A stretch of DNA of 64,000 nt, from assembly GCA_043801745.1 (NCBI GenBank), contig JAZDLR010000016.1:70331-134330 (forward strand), read 5' to 3'. The position numbers and the translations under genes were made by a program. The DNA comes from Candidatus Komeilibacteria bacterium. Its GTDB lineage: Bacteria; Patescibacteriota; Patescibacteriia; UBA1558; 2-01-FULL-52-15. Shown one piece after another: positions 60,601-64,000 of this stretch; the first letter of the stretch is position 1, and each line of letters starts with the position of its first letter. The notes under the pieces are model-generated. The model had not been told where the DNA came from, searched no databases, and saw only the letters and a program-made list of their open reading frames with translations.

Positions 60601-61365
60601 GCCGTAAGCATAGTGTAGACCGGTATTGAACCACTGGGGTGAATTGGGCGCACCCAATTGATGTACGAGCATATAGCTCATTTCATCCTCGTAAGCCTGG
60701 GCATCTTCCGGAGTAGCAAAATAATCATATTTTTCACCCCAGAAACGCCAGCAACCAGCCAGACGATGGACTATCTGCCTCACACTATGTTCAGGGCCCA
60801 GCACTGGTTTGCCTTGGGCATCGGTTAGGTAGTTACCTTGGTCATCGGTTTGCGGCACCCCGGCCTTGCGGATGTATTTTTGGGCCAAAATATCAGAGGC
60901 GACCTGTGACCAGGATTGCGGTACTTCAATATCCTTCATTTCGGCAACGACCGTGCCATCAGCATTACGGATAATAGAGGTGCGCAGCTCATAATCGATT
61001 TCCGCCAAAGGATCAACGCCCTGTTTGGTAAATAACCGGTTGATCTTCAGGCCCAGTCCCGCCCGTTGTATTGGCTCCAAGGGTAGTTTTTTGTCTTTAT
61101 GTAAAGAGTAAAAACGGGCTACTTCGGGTAATTCATTTTGCAGCAAAACCCAAGCCACCGCATTACGGACGTCTTCGGTAGTAATGTTGGCTATTTTTTC
61201 CGCCTCTTTTTCTAGTTTGGAAATAACCTCACAAGCGAATTGTTGCGGTAAGGGCTGTTCGAGAAGACCTTGAGCCGCCAGGATAAACTCCAGGCTGCGG
61301 GCTAATTTAAGGGCATCAAACTGCTCGAGCTGACCGCTGCGTTTTTTGATTGAGGAGAGAGGCAT
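57646..61365 (-). CDS. nrdJ: class II (adenosylcobalamin-dependent) ribonucleotide reductase, long monomeric form with C-terminal zinc ribbon
   Basis: ATP-cone N-terminus. [21 protein letters not shown] active-site region. C-terminal CGSCGS...[13 protein letters not shown]. 1239 aa. Confidence 0.9.
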   Translation of the reverse strand: [1239 protein letters not shown]

Positions 61366-61388
61366 GGGCGGGGTTATTTAATAGTTAA

Positions 61389-61420
61389 TTTCGCCCATAG
61401 GGCGACCGCCCTGTGGGCGG
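61389..61420 (+). repeat. twin-hairpin GC-rich repeat, copy C (TTTCGCCCATAGGGCGACCGCCCTGTGGGCGG + TTTT)
   Basis: Second stem changed from CCGCC/GGCGG to CGCCC/GGGCG (compensatory). Lies in the nrdJ/cca divergent region. Confidence 0.6.
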
Positions 61421-61712
61421 TTTTGGCGAAAAAAAGTCACCCTCGACCATAAAACGGCCGTTGGTGAGTGGTCAAAAATAGAGAATCAGGGACGCATTGG
61501 CTTGTGGACAACAACACAAGATATTGTGTCTAAAACGAGTATAGCACACTACATCTTGTGGTTCAAACAAACTGGCAAAAATGGCAGATTTTATCAAGAA
61601 AACGGCCGTGAGCGCTTTTTGGGGGCTGAATCGGCCCGGCGATAGGTCCGGTTAAAGTGCATTTTTCCGGGTTATTCTGGTGAGGTTAATGTAATTTTGT
61701 TACACTAGGCCT

Positions 61713-63260
61713 ATGGATAATAGGTTTGATCTTCATAATCGGCCGGAGAATGCGGCTAAGCAGCGTGAATTTTCAGCCAAAACAGGACCAGAGCGCGATC
61801 AGCTGGTGGCTGCCGCCTATGGCGAGGCAGAATTGCTGCACGCCGACACACTAGATACTTTGGCCGGCCGAGCCGAAGGCCAGGACCGGGAACAGCTAGA
61901 TTTAGCTCTAACACTAGCTCAGCGGATCAAGGCCGAAGGTGGTATGGCTTTGGTGGTTGGCGGTTATGTCCGTGATTTGGCTCTGTCAAAGTTTGGCTAT
62001 CAAATTAAACCAAAGGATTTGGACCTGGAGATTTATGGTCTGGAGTTTGACCGGTTGATGACTATACTCCAAGACTATGGCGAGCCCAATATTGTTGGTG
62101 CTTCTTTTGTTGGTATTAAGTTAAATGGTTTGGATATTACCCTGCCGCGACGAGACTCTAAGACCGGGGTGGGACACCGGGGCTTTACCGTCGAGGGCGA
62201 TCCCCAGATGTCAGTTAAGGAAGCTGGTCGGCGGCGGGATTTCACCATCAATGCCCTAGCTCTGGATCCTTTTACCGGACAAATAATAGATCATTACGGA
62301 GGTTTGGAGGATATTAAGCGGAAAATGGTGCGGGCGATTGATGCCCGTTCATTTTCCGAAGATTCTATACGTGTTTTGCGCGCGGCGCAATTTGCCGGCC
62401 GCTTCAATTTTACTGTCGAGGAGCAGACCGCTGAACTGTGCCGTAGCCTACCCTTAGATGATTTACCCAAAGAGCGCATTGGTGAGGAGTGGTTGAAATT
62501 ACTAATGAAATCTCCGCGGCCCAGTATTGGTTTAGAGCAGGCTAGGGATTTAAAGATTATTGAAAAGTTACACCCTGAGCTACAGGCATTAATCGGATTG
62601 CCGCAAAATCCCGAGTGGCATCCTGAAGGCGACGTCTGGACGCATACTTTGATGACAGTAGATGAGGCAGCCCAGATTGTTCAGCGGGAAAATTTAGATG
62701 AGGATGACGCGCAAATATTATTATTGGCCGGTCTGTGTCATGATACGGGTAAAGCCACCACAACGGCAGTTGATGAGCGGGGGCGAGTTATTTCCCATAG
62801 CCATACCGAAGAAGGCGTACAGCCGACTGTTAATTTTCTGCGCAGTCTGAATATTAAGGAAAAGAATATTGCCAAAATTGTGCCTTTGGTGCGGGAGCAT
62901 ATGTTTCCTCAGGTTCAGAGTAATTTCACTAACCGAGCCCTGGGACGGTTATCGCGCCGCTTGGGAGAAACTTCAATCCAGATGTTAGTGTGGTTGGCAG
63001 AAGCAGATATGCACGGGCGGGCCCTGCCCTGGAAAGGTTTTTCTTCTGGCGATGAGCTTCTGGCTCAAGCTAAAGCCTTAAATATTAATGAGGCCAAGCC
63101 CATTCGTTTGATAACAGGCAAGGATCTGATTAATCAAGGTGTGCCGGGAAATCCGGAAATGGGGCGGATATTGGAAGAATTAGAAGGGGCGCAGTTGGAG
63201 GGCAAGTTTACTACCAAAGAAGAGGGTTTGGAATATTATTGGCAGCATCTGGCCAAGTGA
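61713..63260 (+). CDS. cca: CCA-adding enzyme / tRNA nucleotidyltransferase with HD domain
   Basis: Pol-beta NTase GGYVRDL...DLDLEIYG. HD motif CHDTGK. 515 aa. Confidence 0.8.
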   Translation: MDNRFDLHNRPENAAKQREFSAKTGPERDQLVAAAYGEAELLHADTLDTLAGRAEGQDREQLDLALTLAQRIKAEGGMALVVGGYVRDLALSKFGYQIKPKDLDLEIYGLEFDRLMTILQDYGEPNIVGASFVGIKLNGLDITLPRRDSKTGVGHRGFTVEGDPQMSVKEAGRRRDFTINALALDPFTGQIIDHYGGLEDIKRKMVRAIDARSFSEDSIRVLRAAQFAGRFNFTVEEQTAELCRSLPLDDLPKERIGEEWLKLLMKSPRPSIGLEQARDLKIIEKLHPELQALIGLPQNPEWHPEGDVWTHTLMTVDEAAQIVQRENLDEDDAQILLLAGLCHDTGKATTTAVDERGRVISHSHTEEGVQPTVNFLRSLNIKEKNIAKIVPLVREHMFPQVQSNFTNRALGRLSRRLGETSIQMLVWLAEADMHGRALPWKGFSSGDELLAQAKALNINEAKPIRLITGKDLINQGVPGNPEMGRILEELEGAQLEGKFTTKEEGLEYYWQHLAK

Positions 63261-63338
63261 TTTTTTTTAAGTCAGGTGCTGACCATTATGATAATTGATA
63301 CCGCCCCGTGATCCAGAGGACCACGGGGCGGTGAGGGT

Positions 63339-63956
63339 TTATTTGACGGAAGGGGGGTTGGCGTACCAACGCCAGCCTTCCATGAAGGAGAGGAAGGTCA
63401 AGAGCGTAACGGCCGAGTCATATTCTTTCCTACGGATTGTTTCCCCGAATCCTCCGTAGAGAATCGGCGCACAACCGGCTCGCATAGCCACAATGTCGAG
63501 ATCCATTAGGTCGGTATCAACCATGACAAACCGGTTATTATCGCCCTGAGCATCTTTCATGGCTGGGAGTCTGGACCAGTGCGGATACTGCAAGTGGGGA
63601 ACGTTTACATCCTTTGCCAGCAGAGGTATGGCGTCAAGGGCTCCGGCCTTAGCCAGTATTTCTGGTATACCATGAAGAATGGCAGCCTCATACACCGGCT
63701 CTTTCAACGGCCGCGATGTACTTTTCGCAAGTACTGTGGACAGAAAGCGGGTAATTTGTCTGAGTTGTTGCTGGTTGGGAGTAAACCTGCTGCGTTGGGT
63801 GAAGAACCTGACCAAGGCTTCGGTGGCGCGGAAATGAGCACTGTTTTCACCCCCCAAGGTGGAGGCGAATTTTTCAGCCGCGCGGCACAGGTGAACTTCA
63901 CAGTAGTCCAAGTTGGTTGAGTCCCTAAGGTCGAAGTGTAGCAGAAGTAGACCCAT
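63339..63956 (-). CDS. hypothetical protein (may extend beyond the window)
   Basis: 205-aa ORF. Hairpin CCGCCCCGTG...CACGGGGCGG at 63300-63335 separates it from cca. Confidence 0.4.
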   Translation of the reverse strand: MGLLLLHFDLRDSTNLDYCEVHLCRAAEKFASTLGGENSAHFRATEALVRFFTQRSRFTPNQQQLRQITRFLSTVLAKSTSRPLKEPVYEAAILHGIPEILAKAGALDAIPLLAKDVNVPHLQYPHWSRLPAMKDAQGDNNRFVMVDTDLMDLDIVAMRAGCAPILYGGFGETIRRKEYDSAVTLLTFLSFMEGWRWYANPPSVK

Positions 63957-64000
63957 AACCGCGGCTGACCGCTGTGCCTCATCTTCATTGTTGTAGAATT

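Noticed and set aside
57646-61365. intein inside nrdJ explaining its 1239-aa length
   Set aside because: No intein blocks (N-terminal Cys/Ser after a conserved residue, LAGLIDADG or HNH core, C-terminal HN-C/S/T) recognisable. The extra length looks like insert domains plus a zinc ribbon.

Overview
This 64-kb window looks like chromosome from a small-genome, moderate/low-GC bacterium. The gene content is compatible with a Patescibacteria/CPR-like organism: an unlinked 23S-5S operon, a giant lamin-tail/PKD surface protein, pilT, hppA and many compact operons. That assignment is inference only. Housekeeping genes recognised from the translations are rnhB, nusA, hppA (membrane pyrophosphatase), tig, nfo, suhB-like, yggU, ssb, murD, purA, a dedA-like gene, glmS, rplS, gmk, rluD-like, pilT, cobO-like, nrdJ and cca. 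There is a 23S+5S rRNA unit with no 16S in the ~630 nt upstream, and ten intact tRNA genes in four clusters: Gly-GCC, Leu-TAA, Leu-TAG, Val-GAC, Ala-GGC, Ala-TGC, Val-TAC, Leu-GAG, Arg-TCG and Lys-CTT. Three different homing-endonuclease-type genes (HNH, LAGLIDADG-like, GIY-YIG) each lie directly against tRNA genes. The most unusual structure is at the tRNA-Val(GAC) and tRNA-Lys(CTT) loci. In each, an intact tRNA sits inside a ~175-bp insert that interrupts a second tRNA of the same isoacceptor exactly between D-arm positions 22 and 23. The insert ends form GC-rich complementary trailer/leader helices, and these differ between the two loci by compensatory changes; a degenerate third case sits at tRNA-Gly. 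Other notable items follow. A ~27-36 bp palindrome (CCCCGTTAGAA-N-TTCTAACGGGG) recurs just upstream of at least four promoters. A twin-hairpin GC-rich repeat occurs in three copies with covarying stems. Several putative ncRNAs end in intrinsic terminators. Many short GC-rich islets (by eye ~58-63% GC against ~45% background) carry foreign-looking genes: a Mu Gam-like protein, an orphan REC-HExxH protein, a MOCOS-like aminotransferase and several hypotheticals. A dedA-like gene is flanked by a 26-bp direct repeat of the purA 5' end. An AT-rich two-gene module follows the rRNA operon. No CRISPR array, intein or obvious intron was seen. All GC comparisons are by eye, and all homology claims rest on motif recognition in the supplied translations.
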